Program-made: the position numbers and the translations under genes
NCBI GenBank assembly: GCA_000934665.2
Contig: KZ538145.1
Coordinates: 1-64,000, forward strand
Direction: 5' to 3'
Origin: Catajapyx aquilonaris
Taxonomy: Eukaryota
DNA: 64,000 bases
Part shown: in pieces, positions 36,201 through 47,771 of the stretch
Layout of the letters: every line of letters starts with the position of its first letter
Numbering within the stretch: the stretch's first letter is position 1
The notes under the pieces: generated by a model
What the model saw: the letters and a program-made list of their open reading frames with translations, nothing else
Database searches by the model: none
Told to the model about the DNA's origin: nothing

Positions 36201-37615
36201 ACGTTTACGCAAAATTGAATAGGCCCGGTTGTTTTTGTGTGCTGATGATCAACCTGATCGAATTAACGCCAAATGTCTCATGTTTGTAGCTATTTCGAGT
36301 CAACCTTTTTTTTCTATTTGCCCCAGGAAGCGTAACAACTTTCATGTAACTTGGATTCCTTTTAAGGAAAGTAAATACTCTCCTGTTCTGATTTTGGACT
36401 AACTACATATTACCTTTCAAAGATGATCCTGGATGAAAGGATAAGAAAGTAAGTATGGGAACCTGGTGTGTATAGGGAGGAAAAACTGGGGCAATCGCAG
36501 GCTAGAAGTAAATAGAGCCTCAACTCCAAAATTAGTCCCTTTAATGAGCCTGTGCGACTACGAGTTCTGGCAACGACTTGCCGGATGTGTTCCTTACTCA
36601 CACCCCTAAAACTACCAGGTCCAATTAGTTTAAAGCCTGTCTTACTGCCAGACCACAAAAATACAACTAGTGACAAATTTTCAGTCACACATAACATGAA
36701 TGACAATAGATGGCCACTAGCAAACTTTGATTTCATACATAATTCCCTAGATAATTCCATAGCGGAACCCACATTGATCACATGAAACATTCAACAATTC
36801 TTGGAAACGACAGTATTTGATGGGGGCTGGTAATGATTATTGGCGTGTAATGGGATGAGATGGCAAACTACCCAGAAAAGCCGACCGACATGTATAGCCT
36901 ATATTTTTTTGTCTGCAAATACCCAGGCCATAAATCCGGATCTAATTTATAAATCTTTCATATTACACAGGACAGGCATCACATGTCATTTATAAACAGT
37001 GTTTGGCAAATTGTACTCGAACCAACCGCATCTTTCTTTCTTGACGTAACGCACAATGAAGCGTTCGCAAATGCAATTACTGTACTGATTTGAAAAACAG
37101 TGTGAATTGTGAATGAGCCGAGCTGGCTGTCACAGTTACACGTTTGGCGATTCGAATATTTCAGAGCCCTGTAGGGAGAGACTGGCAGTACGTATCCCCT
37201 TCCCTGCAGTACACTGTGTATGTGGATATATGAATGATTTGCGGGCACTGATCTCCATTGGCAAAAGCCATCGACGTTTAGGTCCGGAAAATAACGTCAT
37301 TAACTCGTCGAATTCAGCGAGCGAGGACCCCCTCCCCTACCCACTACCCCCTCCCCAACTTAGGCTACTAACAAAGCGGCGCATTTGGCGGTTGCAAATG
37401 CCAGAAAGGCCGTCGATTTCATTACGTTACTGTTTGCAATTACAACCGGTGAACGGGTCATGACTAGAATGCAATTTGAATACATCACGACTCGATAGTG
37501 TCTAATTTCCAGGCTCGCTGTTTAAATAAAATTAAACGCCGACGGGATTGCGAATTTTAACGAGGAAATGAACAGCACTTGTCTTTTTCCGAATGTCGCT
37601 CGACACCCAAAGCAT

Positions 37616-37663
37616 TTCCTTCCTTCCTTCCTTCCTTCCTTCCTTCCTTCCTTCCTTCCTTCC
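37616..37663 (+). repeat. Microsatellite (TTCC)12
   Basis: Perfect array. Confidence 0.97.
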
Positions 37664-40600
37664 TACATTCCGTCCTCGTGTATAGTCCCAACCCTGCATG
37701 TATCAGCTGGCATCACAGCACCAGCTTCCTCCCACGAATAAATTAAATTCCCCGACTGGCATTTACCTACTTTCCCAAGCTGCTAGCTGTCTCTATGCCC
37801 ACCTTCACCACCCCCTACCACCACCCATCAGCATTAAAAAACGACAAAGAGCCCTGGTGCCACCGGTTTGCTTCATTTTGACGGTCCCGGATGGAAATTT
37901 TGGGCTAACTTTTTCTCAACCATCCGCCGCATCCCCACTTTTCCTAGGGGGGTTTATGCATTAGTAAGTACAGTACAGCGTACTGCACCTTGCACAATCA
38001 CCGAGGCTAGTCAAACAAGGCCATCATCACAGAAAACGTCAATTGTACTGTCTCATTACGCTAGTTGCAATTCTGACTCGGAACACACAAAAAAAGGACG
38101 TTCGATTTCCATTTCATTACGTGAATCGATGTATAGGACGGCTTTTTTTTTGCTGGGTCCTAGGAACAGGTTTCAAACGATAAGTCTCCTTTGATTGGGC
38201 CAATCGCCTTACTTGACTCCCCCTTAGACAAGAAGATAAGTTCGAGACGAGTAGGGCCTGGTAGTTACTGCAGGCTGCAGCACCAAACATCGATAGTCAT
38301 TTTTAACGTGGAGTTGACTCAAGAAGCATGAAACTCGCATTAAATGAGGGTATTGCAGAAAGAATCATTGCAAAAGTGATAAGTTATCGGATTCGTACAT
38401 CATGCAAATGGCAGCTCTCAGAGTCAATTACTGTTTGTATGTAGTTCGTGCCAGTCTGAAAATTCAATTTAAGACCTGCAAAATATATCTTTTGCCCTGT
38501 TGAAAACGACCCTTATGCTAACAAATGGTGGGCCCTGATACATTATATAGGGGCACAATACATGCACCTGCCCTTGAATAAACCAACAGCCTACACCCAA
38601 CCACATAAACAAACCCGAGCACTCCAAAGACAATAAGGCGGGTGCGTACATAGGTCATAATGCAGTTAGGGATATTCATGGCTTAGCAGGGGTAGCCATC
38701 TCTTATAGGTTATCCAGGCGCCAAAACAAATCACTTCCGGCCATGGAGCGCGAACGAGAGGCTTCAGGGCAAGCAGATTCGCAGCATCAAGGCCGGAAAG
38801 GAATCCTTTCTGGACCTGACGTTTCCAACATGACAATCTTGGCATGAGAAATGAAGGGCTGTCATAAAACGTTCCGGGCGCCGCTCCAAATGGTATTGCC
38901 GCCCACTCATGTGAGATATACCCAGAGCTGGAAAAATAACCACGGCTGTCCGCTTCCATCTGCTCTTTTCTAAAGCCCCTCCTTGCTTCCACCCCCTCTC
39001 TTCAATATACTAGACTGCTGCCATAAGTCATGTATAGCCAACCACACATTTCCCAGCCAGCTCCTTACGGTTAGGCCACACAACAAACGGGGGGGTTCAA
39101 ATCAATGCTAGGTCCGGGTTTGTCGATAAGCCAGGTCCCCACTGGTTTTCCCCCTAAAAAATAGAGTCTACTGTACACGCGCGTTCCATTGTGATTGATT
39201 TGTCGCTGGATTTCAGCGGCGATGATAGATAGCCGGCGCTGACACTGCGAATGCCAACCCCTGCAGTTAACCTGTAAATCAACAGCCGCTTCCCATCCCC
39301 CCAACACTCCGGTTTTTTTTTTTGTGTGTATGTGTGTCTGCATATGCTTTTCCCACTCCTTTTTTTCCCCCAACATGTGTCAGCTAGTACTATCGGATAG
39401 CCCCGTAGTATTAATATTTTCCGCCCATTCGTTGCACGTCTGTTGATAACATCCTTTTCGCACACGCTGTACCACGGACGATGACACAACCGTTTTAATA
39501 GCATCAACACGTTATTATCTGTATATAATTTGTTAAACCACTAATGAGTTAAATATAACTTACTGATTGCAGCATATTACGGATATAACAATATCCAAAT
39601 TATGATGGACATATTCTTGGGCTGCATCCAATGATGGCTGATTTTGGAATTGTTTTCCCAGCTGGATCTAGACGCAACAGCCAGAGTGTCCCGGGTCTGT
39701 GTAGCTCTCTCTTTCGGACGAATGGCGTGAGTGAATGAGCGCAGTGAAGTTATCCCTGGGCCATTGTAAAAGGCCTTAAAGTGGCTAGGCTGGCGCGTGG
39801 ACTCCATTGTTGAGCTCCCCTTTGTCCTCTAACTTCTCCTTCTCCCCCAGCAGCCAAATTTCGGTCTCTTATATTGGGTCGGACGTCGGAATTATCCCGC
39901 GGACAAGCATCCATTGGCGCAGGAGGAGGAGGTGAAGAGAGCCTCGTTTGTCAATCCAGAAGGAACCAGGAAGAACGAGCCCAAAGGGAATCAAAACTCG
40001 CAATCAGGATCTTCTTCCCTTTTTCCCCCCCCCCCCCTCCCACCATCTCCACCACCTTCTCTCTCCTTCAACTTCCTCTCTGCACACACACCGTAGATAC
40101 ACAGGATGAGGTCCCCAAGATTGGTCACGGGGACCGGCCAAAAGGGAATACATTTCAGACTCAATTCCGCAACACAGAGCATGTGCTGAGCTCCAGAAAA
40201 TCCTGGCCATTAAATGCCCGAGATGTCCGAAAGAGTCGGGAAAGTTTGCAAGTTATTAGGGGACGGGCCGGGCTTAAGATTAAACTCGAAACCTGGTGTG
40301 TTGCAGATAGATTACAAAGTCCGCGACTTTTTTTTTATTATATCCCCGCATGGGCGCTTAATTAAAGTTATGGATGGCATGCAGGGAGTCGTCATTAGGA
40401 GAAAAGACCGGCGTTGAAATAAAGGCTGGAGAGCCAGACTCCGATGCAACTTGGTGTGTTTCATTTCAGAATTCCTATTATAGGAGAGGACATTGTTGGG
40501 AGGGAGGCCGCCTGCACAGAGGCGTAAATCTTCTCCTAACCCCTTTATGCATGATCGTCTATTGTGGAAAATTTTCCGCCGCATCCTAATTCCACTTTCC

Positions 40601-40972
40601 GGTCATTACCCGTCCTTTCTTTTGTCCCCTCTTAAGCCTTTAATTGCACTGTAGGATTACCTGCTCCTTTTCCTCCCCCCTTTAAAAAAAATACAGCAAT
40701 AAGGTCGCAACAACTTTGAAGCGCGTTGCTCAAGCAGTGAATCTCCAGGTATAAAAATGCTGCAGAAAAGGCGTCACCTGGTCCGTAATTACTCATTAGA
40801 ATAAAACCTTGGTGAAAAAACTCCAAGTTGGTTTTATAAAAAACCTCGAGTTGGTAAAAAAGAAAGTGGAGAGCTCCACTTCCTTCTGCTACGCCAACCG
40901 ACTAAGTATAAGTAGTTGCAAGTAATTTCCACAACAGGCAGAGCTTCATAATAGCAGGCGAGCCCTGCTTTT

Positions 40973-40978
<6 letters not shown>

Positions 40979-41032
<54 letters not shown>
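40979..41032 (+). repeat. Microsatellite (CT)27
   Basis: Perfect dinucleotide array. Confidence 0.97.
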
Positions 41033-41039
<7 letters not shown>

Positions 41040-41988
41040 GGCTATCTCTCCCTGAACATTAAGTTCATTACATCACTTGGGAAGTTTCACACACCGGCTG
41101 CGCTTAAAAGCGGAATAGTGTAAGGTCGATAGGAAACTAGAGGCAGTTGGACCGCAACGGAATGAATCCCTTCCAAAAGCCAGTGCCATCAAATGTCCAA
41201 AAGTGCTCTCCGGCAGCCAACGCCTTTTGCTGCTCTTCCTTCCTTTAACGCCAAACAAGGATTTTTCCCTAATCACACCAGAAGGAAACCTCGTTTTCCT
41301 CCGGCTTCGGAAAAGCAGCCTGGCCCCTGCCATCCACTCATCCCTGCATCACAAAAGAGACACTTGGGTTGCGCGGTATCCAGGAGGAACTTTCCCAACG
41401 TCTTATTACTAGGAGGCCTGCAGAGAGTGGGGACTGTTGAGTATCCCTGAGCTTAACTGTTTGAAAACTGTTTTTATTGCAAAACTTTTGAGCAACCTTG
41501 TGTGAAAACAGAGGCACAAAGATAATTCCTGCTCATGTGCCCGAAATCTCATCTGTCACGTAGATGAACGGACAGGTCTTGCATCCAGCCTGAGGATAGG
41601 CAAGCATTAGACAGATCCGAATTCGCAGGTTAGAGCTGTTTTAGTGCCCAGGAAGACAGCACTCTGGTGTCCCGTCTCCTGAGCATAATCGGTGATAAAC
41701 GAAGACAAGCGTGAGCTACGACTTGCAGCCGTTGACACCATCACACGCTGCAATAAAGCCCCATTGCCCAACCTGCACATCTCAACCTTCCTCTATCTGC
41801 AGCTGCCCACTAAACTCGCCTATCATTTCTATCCCGCTGCGGGCAAGCTTTGGGGGGAAAAAACTGGTGCCTTTGCCATACCGCTAACTGAGCTGCATTA
41901 GAGTGTATGATAGCGCTGGTCTTAATAGAATCCAAGTGGACCGCGCGATAAGGTGTGTTTTTTTTTCCAGGGAGGAAATGCATCCTAC

Positions 41989-42061
41989 CTGTTAGCACGG
42001 TGGGTAGCCAGGTATAACCCGCGAGGATGATAGACACACACCCCACCAAGTTCTCACTCAC
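41989..42061 (-). other. Putative 73-nt cryptic RS-exon downstream of the 42061 ratchet point
   Basis: The segment runs from the acceptor at 42062 to a donor-like CAG|GTAGGA (forward tcctac, 41983-41988). Confidence 0.4.
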
Positions 42062-42086
42062 CTGCAAAGAGAGAATGACGTTAGAA
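42056..42086 (-). other. Candidate recursive splice site (ratchet point), junction 42062|42061
   Basis: The minus strand reads TTCTAACGTCATTCTCTCTTTGCAG|GTGAGT. It has a CTAAC branch motif (A at -20), a pyrimidine tract and CAG abutting a perfect donor, with no AG between branch and acceptor. Confidence 0.7.
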
Positions 42087-44100
42087 TGTGCTCGTAAAAT
42101 ACATGAGCTTCAGAAAAGCTAATAAAGCAACACCAATATAGCGCCATAAGGATTTACTGCTGGACATAAAAGCCGCCAAAATGCGGTTTCAAAATGAACG
42201 CCGATGATATCTATCTATACCGACGGCCCAGAAATTCGGTTTATCGCCCGCACATGGCCCCGGGGGCAATGCAGCCCCTGGGCTCTTTCACCCTCAAGAA
42301 TCTGCCGCTTGCTAATTCGGCTACTTGGCTATTTCCAGTTGATCCTGCGATAGGCTATGACGCCCAACATATCTACCCTCTCGCTGTATATGCTTCCCTT
42401 GTGACCAGAGACCGTTTATATCCTAGAGACCATCTAAGCAACACGCTTCAAAAATTATTAATACCGGTTGCATCTTCTCAAAATGCTGACTCTTCCCAAC
42501 TGTTTCACTCGATACTATTGCAAAAAAACGGAGGTCGTTGAAACAAAAGTGTTTTTGCACCCTAGGTGAAAAACACTGCCATAGACAAGGTTTTTTTTGC
42601 CACCTCGATTTCCGTCCTGCATGGTATTGCAGCCATCTGAGCGCGATCACCTGCATTCAATAGACTGGAACACATTTAGAATTCGTGCGTGTTGAACAAG
42701 ACGCCTAACAATCGCGACAAGGCCCGTAATATAAAACGACGCTGCGACCCAAAAGTGTTCCCTAGCGATATTCGCGAGAAGTGGAAGAGTTGGCATCTGC
42801 AGTTCCATCTGGAGGAGTAGTTCCAGATCGGACCTAAAAAAAAGAAGAGGAAAAAAAAGAAGGTCCCGCCCCAGGTTAGGAAAAGAAGAGACTTTCTTCA
42901 GACTGCATGGAAGCTTAGGCGCGAGGAAATGAAATTCGTGTCTGGAGCGACCTGGAATTAGGCTGCGCAGATATACTCGGCCATTCTCCATCAGCACGGC
43001 CCCCGAATAATATCATCTGAGAGGGAAGTTGGGTGGGTGGGTTGGGTGGAATCGTGCTGCGATTGGAGCCAGGCAGACAAGAGAGCTAGGAGGCTCTTCT
43101 CTTCTGTGCTCTTCCTCGCCTCGAGGGATGTGGTGCGTGCCACCAACCGATTGCCACCAATCCACTTTTTTCCCCCTTCTTTTGTCGCCGCTTCCGTGAG
43201 GACACTGCCACCAGCCTGCTGATTGATAAGCGCACTAAAGCTCCGAGAGAGGGAGACTCTGGATCAGAAGGATCGCTTCTCCAGAAAATTACTACCTTCA
43301 CCTACTATACTGCACGACTAGGCTCTTCCACAGGTTATAAAAACAACTCTGCTTAGAGATGGCGGCACGTGCAAGCCTCTGCGGTTGTGCTGCCACCTAT
43401 CGACTAAGCTCTTCATATTTCATACTGCTTTCTAATTATATGAATTAATAACAGAAATACGTGGTGGGTTATAGCTATAGCAGTATAGTCTGAAGTAGCT
43501 AGTTAGTTCCCTGGGCAATAAACACATTTGACTTAGCATATTCAGTACATAGTCCACCGAAATAACGTTAGGGAACAAGCAGAATTCCCCCTCTCCCGCA
43601 AAGCTAGGAGGAATGCCCTAACCAGATTATACGCCGGCAAAGTTTTGCCATTCCTTTGCTCTCATGGATACTAAATGCACATAGTGTAACAACAATAATC
43701 GGGAGGGAACAGAAGGGACAATGTTTACAGCAAGCGCCTCCTATTCTCTTCTTTATAAGGATTTAATGACCTCTTAGAGTCCCTCCGCAGAGGCCATTTA
43801 CCACGCTCTGCAATTGCACTGATTGCAGGGGCCCGCCTGAGAAAATATGATCAAAGTCTCCACCCTCGTACCGGCTGTGGGACGCATAAAAGTTACAATG
43901 TGAGCAGAAGTTACTTCGCCTTCTTCCGACACACATTAAATATTTTCTCCCAACTTGGCTGGGAATTTCTCTGCCGCCACATTTCTTCACAATTGTGACT
44001 CAAAGAATACGTTGCACTTTAATGTAGGGTACTGTATACAGCGCAACAACAAATTGTCGTACTTCAGTCAAGTTGACATCCGGCAGAATTTTCGATTCAG

Positions 44101-44539
44101 GGGGTGGATTCATCAAATGTCGTAAGTCAAATTTTCGTCGTAACCGGTAGTAACTCTAGTCTATATAAATAAAGCCGTTTGTGAGTCTGTCTGTCTGTTT
44201 GTCCGCCTGCCAACAGTCATTTGCCTGCCATCTGTGCTCCACCCTCAAGCCGGGAGAGGATGGAGGTGTTGGGGGTTGACTACAGATGGCAGGCAAATGA
44301 CGGTTGCCGTTATACAGGCGGGAGAGGTTGAAGGTGGAGTAGCAGGACCACATATGGCAATGGTGGGCGGACACACAGAAAGACAGACAGTTGACGGGGC
44401 TACTGGCAGGTGTTTTCCCTTCATTCATTTCTTCCCGGGCAACGCCGGGTGCCGCAGCTAGTTACTAATAATTAACTAACTATGGTTACGACCGGTTATG
44501 ACGAAAATTTGACTTACGACATTTTGATGAATCCACCCC
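44101..44539. mobile_element. PIF/Harbinger-like palindromic MITE (137 bp when empty) interrupted by a Helitron
   Basis: The ~54-bp TIRs GGGGTGGATTCATCAAATGTCGTAAGTCAAATTTTCGTCGTAACCGG... (44101-44154) and 44485-44539 differ by 2 substitutions and 1 indel. A 3-bp TSD, CAG, lies at 44098-44100 and 44540-44542. Confidence 0.85.
44160..44461 (+). mobile_element. Non-autonomous Helitron (~302 bp)
   Basis: It has a 5' TCTATATAAATAAA, a (TCTG)n microsatellite near the 5' end, a 3' GC hairpin CCCGG-GCAACG-CCGGG (44434-44449) and a CTAG terminus followed by T. There is no TSD. Removing it restores the host MITE palindrome. Confidence 0.85.
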
Positions 44540-44949
44540 CAGTTTTGCAAATGACAGCTCCAACGCTATACACGGTATGTAGGGTGCAATCGCTATAACT
44601 GAGAGAAGAACATGCCTCGGACTGCATGAACCGTTAATGAGACCAAATTAATACAAGTTATAATATATTCAGTTGATGTGTTCACAAATATCATTGGCAA
44701 ACACCAATCAAGCGAGTAAACAATAAAATCATTAAATAATAAAATCAACGCCAGCAGGCCCTATTTCCGATATTCAACCAGAGGGTTTGCACTTGATCAC
44801 TTGAATGATACAGTCACACCAACTAGCCTTTTGGTGGTTGGCCAGGGGGTATGGGTGCTTGGCCTGCTCACGACCTCCGCCCTTGCCGGTTTTGTAGATA
44901 TGGCTTTTTTCATTGGGACGGCAGCTTTGTACAGGCTTTAAAATAACCT

Positions 44950-44983
44950 AATTATTAGCTGATAATATTATCAGCTAATAATT
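44950..44983. repeat. Perfect 34-bp spacer-less palindrome
   Basis: AATTATTAGCTGATAAT|ATTATCAGCTAATAATT; the two halves are exact reverse complements. Confidence 0.95.
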
Positions 44984-45039
44984 TTGATAACCATTGACAG
45001 TAACTTTGCAAAAGTAACTACCAAATAAGCAGTTTAGTG

Positions 45040-45067
45040 TCAAAAACAAGTATTTTGGATCACCCTG
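45040..45067 (-). mobile_element. Solo Tc1/mariner-like terminus
   Basis: The minus strand reads TA|CAGGGTGATCCAAAATACTTG. The partner end is uncertain; there is a weak candidate TA|CAGGCTTTAAAAATAA at 44932. Confidence 0.35.
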
Positions 45068-47287
45068 TATAGTTTCAGAATAGCTTCGTTAACTCCTAGA
45101 ACCGGAAAAGTACTACAGCCGTGATAAACCGACTGACAGTTTTTTTTAAAGAAACTGATACTCTTCACGCCTGAGTTGCCTGAGGTGACAAGATATTACA
45201 TCCCAAAATTCTGCCTTTCCAACCTACATGTATAAAATATTGGTTTTTCAATCTAAAATTTTCCGATCAAAATAATCCTCGGGCTTCAACAATAATTGTA
45301 TTAAGCTCCCAAAAATTGGAAACATTGTGCTCCAAGCCCGTAATATTCATGATAATGAGACTTTTTTTTTGCCACGAAATCGGAGCAGGCAGCAATTAGG
45401 TACGAAAACAGTATCAATACTCTGAAAATGCGGCAAGTAATGTAATACTCTCTGTTTATTTAAAAAAAAAAAGAGGCAAATAAGCAAAATTTGCGAAGCA
45501 ATTTGCGTTGGCTTCCTTGTCGGACCAGACGGTATATCAGATTATTTATTAGTGGTGCGCTGAAGTGAAGCACATAACTAACAGAGTACAACGCAGAGAG
45601 TGACCTGTACACCGCCGGTCTTCATTTGCCAACAAGGCCTTGTTATTGTTATACCAACATGCTGCAAAGTGACTAAAAGCAGAGAGGGTACAAAATAATA
45701 GAAAGGGACATGGTGAAGTAACTCTGGTCGCTCTGATGTAAACAGGCGTATTTGGTGCGTCGTCTCCATTAGTTTAGTGGAGTTTGAGTAGGTCCTATAG
45801 AGTGGTATATATATATATATAGGAAGGCAGAGAGCAAAGTGCAGCATCGCATCACATGGCAAGGGGTGGGGCCAGCAGCTAGACACCTTCGGGCTTTTCC
45901 CAGTTTCCGGATTGCAAAGTGTTGTAAGCATGTCAGCTTGTCAGAATGCAAATGTTACTGGAAAGGGGGGGGGAGGTCTAGGCAAGAGACAAATGAGAGG
46001 GGCAGTGTGGGCCACATTCCTGCAAGCCCAGGATTTGCGCCCAACTTGCAGCTTGCGGCCTGCCACCGACTAAATGAACCGCATTTCTCCTCCGGGACGT
46101 CATCCGGAAACTAACTAATGCACTCCTTACTCTGCTTCTCACTCCTGTCACTTATGCCACGACTCATAGTCACCACCCTCCTATAACACTTGTTTACCTA
46201 CTCGCCCAAGACTCTTTCCAAGTTGCTCGTTAGTGCCGTCTATTCACTTTTCGACAACTTGGCAACTTCCCACCATAAACCAGGTTAATAAATATCCTAA
46301 CGTCTATCATACTGCCAGGCAGAATTTCTGTTCTTATCTTAGAATTCCTTATAGAATTCCTAGATTCCGATACGAGCTTGCAATCCAAGCCTGGGTGGCT
46401 AAAACCGGGTGCTTGAGCCCAAGTGGATCCAAGTGGGGCCGAGCTAGCAAATGGATGAGCCAATACCGTGCAGCCAGGGAAGTCCTAATCCAAAGTCCCC
46501 CCCCCCCCCCCCCCCCCCCCCCCNAGAGAAAACCTTTCCTTTCCTTACCACCCCCAAGCCCTCCTTCCCTCTACAATATCCGGCCACAAGTTTTCGATTG
46601 AAACCAAACCGCGCATTACAAAGTCTCATTTCTCCGCGACAAGGAACATCCGCAGGACTCTGAATCTCCTTCCCCACGTTTTCTCCAGGGGATTTCTGGG
46701 GCCTTCCCTCCCTACCTCCCTCCTTGCTCCACCCACCCCCTTGGTGTTTACTGGGCCGCGCCATCCAAACTCTCAATTCCGCTTCTTCCTCCAGACTACT
46801 AACCACACAGCAAAAATACCAACCAGGAAAACTTCCTCAGACTGCCTGTATAGACAACCTTTAGTGTATAGTGTGAACCAAAACTCGGGGGGACCAGAGT
46901 GGCTCTAAAAGCGGATTTGAAGGCTACTTCTCACACACTAGAGGGTATTCAGTTGAAAAAGTTTAGTGGAAGGTCTCAATGCCATAGGTCACTCAAAATG
47001 TTTCTTTTCAACTTGGCTTACATGGACCAACGAATATGTTGCAGGGATGTGACTTGACTGGAATAATGTCGTGGGTTTACAAGTGAAATCCCCACTAGTC
47101 CACAAAATAATGCAATTTCTTAACACGCTTGCTGGCTCATTATGAATCTTTCGGATTATGGACTATGGACTTCATCAGGCGATACAAGATTAACCCAGAT
47201 ATGCCAGAATAATTTTTTGTTTTACATTTTAAATATTTTATGAGCAAATGAAGAACTTACCTAATTACTAAAAATCTAACAATTGTA

Positions 47288-47759
47288 CTATCGGGCGCAA
47301 TTAGTTCCGGCCACTTTTTCCTGGTCTTGAAGCAACCCTTCCCACAGGCCCCAAGGTGTACCTGTCTTCAATAAGCTGTGCGGTCGGAAGTAGTTGTTTT
47401 TACTGTAACTGTGGGGACTTTCACTCATCTGTGGGGACATTTTCCCCACTTGCGGGGAAGTTTACAGTCCCCACAAGAAAATTGCGGGTGTGCTTTTGCA
47501 GTAGTGGGGACAAGTCCCCACTATTTCCAGTTGTAGGGTTTTAGAAAAGTCCATTTTTCTCAGCCTAGATTACGTAGGGTAGGGTAGGTTATGTAGGGCA
47601 GGGTAGGGTAGGTTAGGTTCGTTAACACTAGCTTTGAAAAGTTGTCCTTTTCACGTCCCCACACCTAATAGGCCGCAGGGAGTGTGTGAGGAGGTCTGTG
47701 TGTGTGAATGGTTGCTTCAAGACCAGGATAAAGTGGCCGGAACTAATTGAACCCGATAG
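47288..47759. mobile_element. Tc1/mariner-type MITE, 472 bp
   Basis: The 50-bp TIRs (47288-47337 and 47710-47759) are 47/50 identical, with a TA TSD on both sides. The interior has GTGGGGAC/GTCCCCAC repeats and a (TAGGG/TAGGT)n tract. Confidence 0.9.
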
Positions 47760-47771
47760 TACAAGGCATAT

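Noticed and set aside
43351..43410. Small imperfect hairpin (AGATGGCGGCAC...GTGCTGCCACCT) as a miRNA
   Set aside because: It matches no conserved miRNA I know and is more likely a tiny transposon relic.
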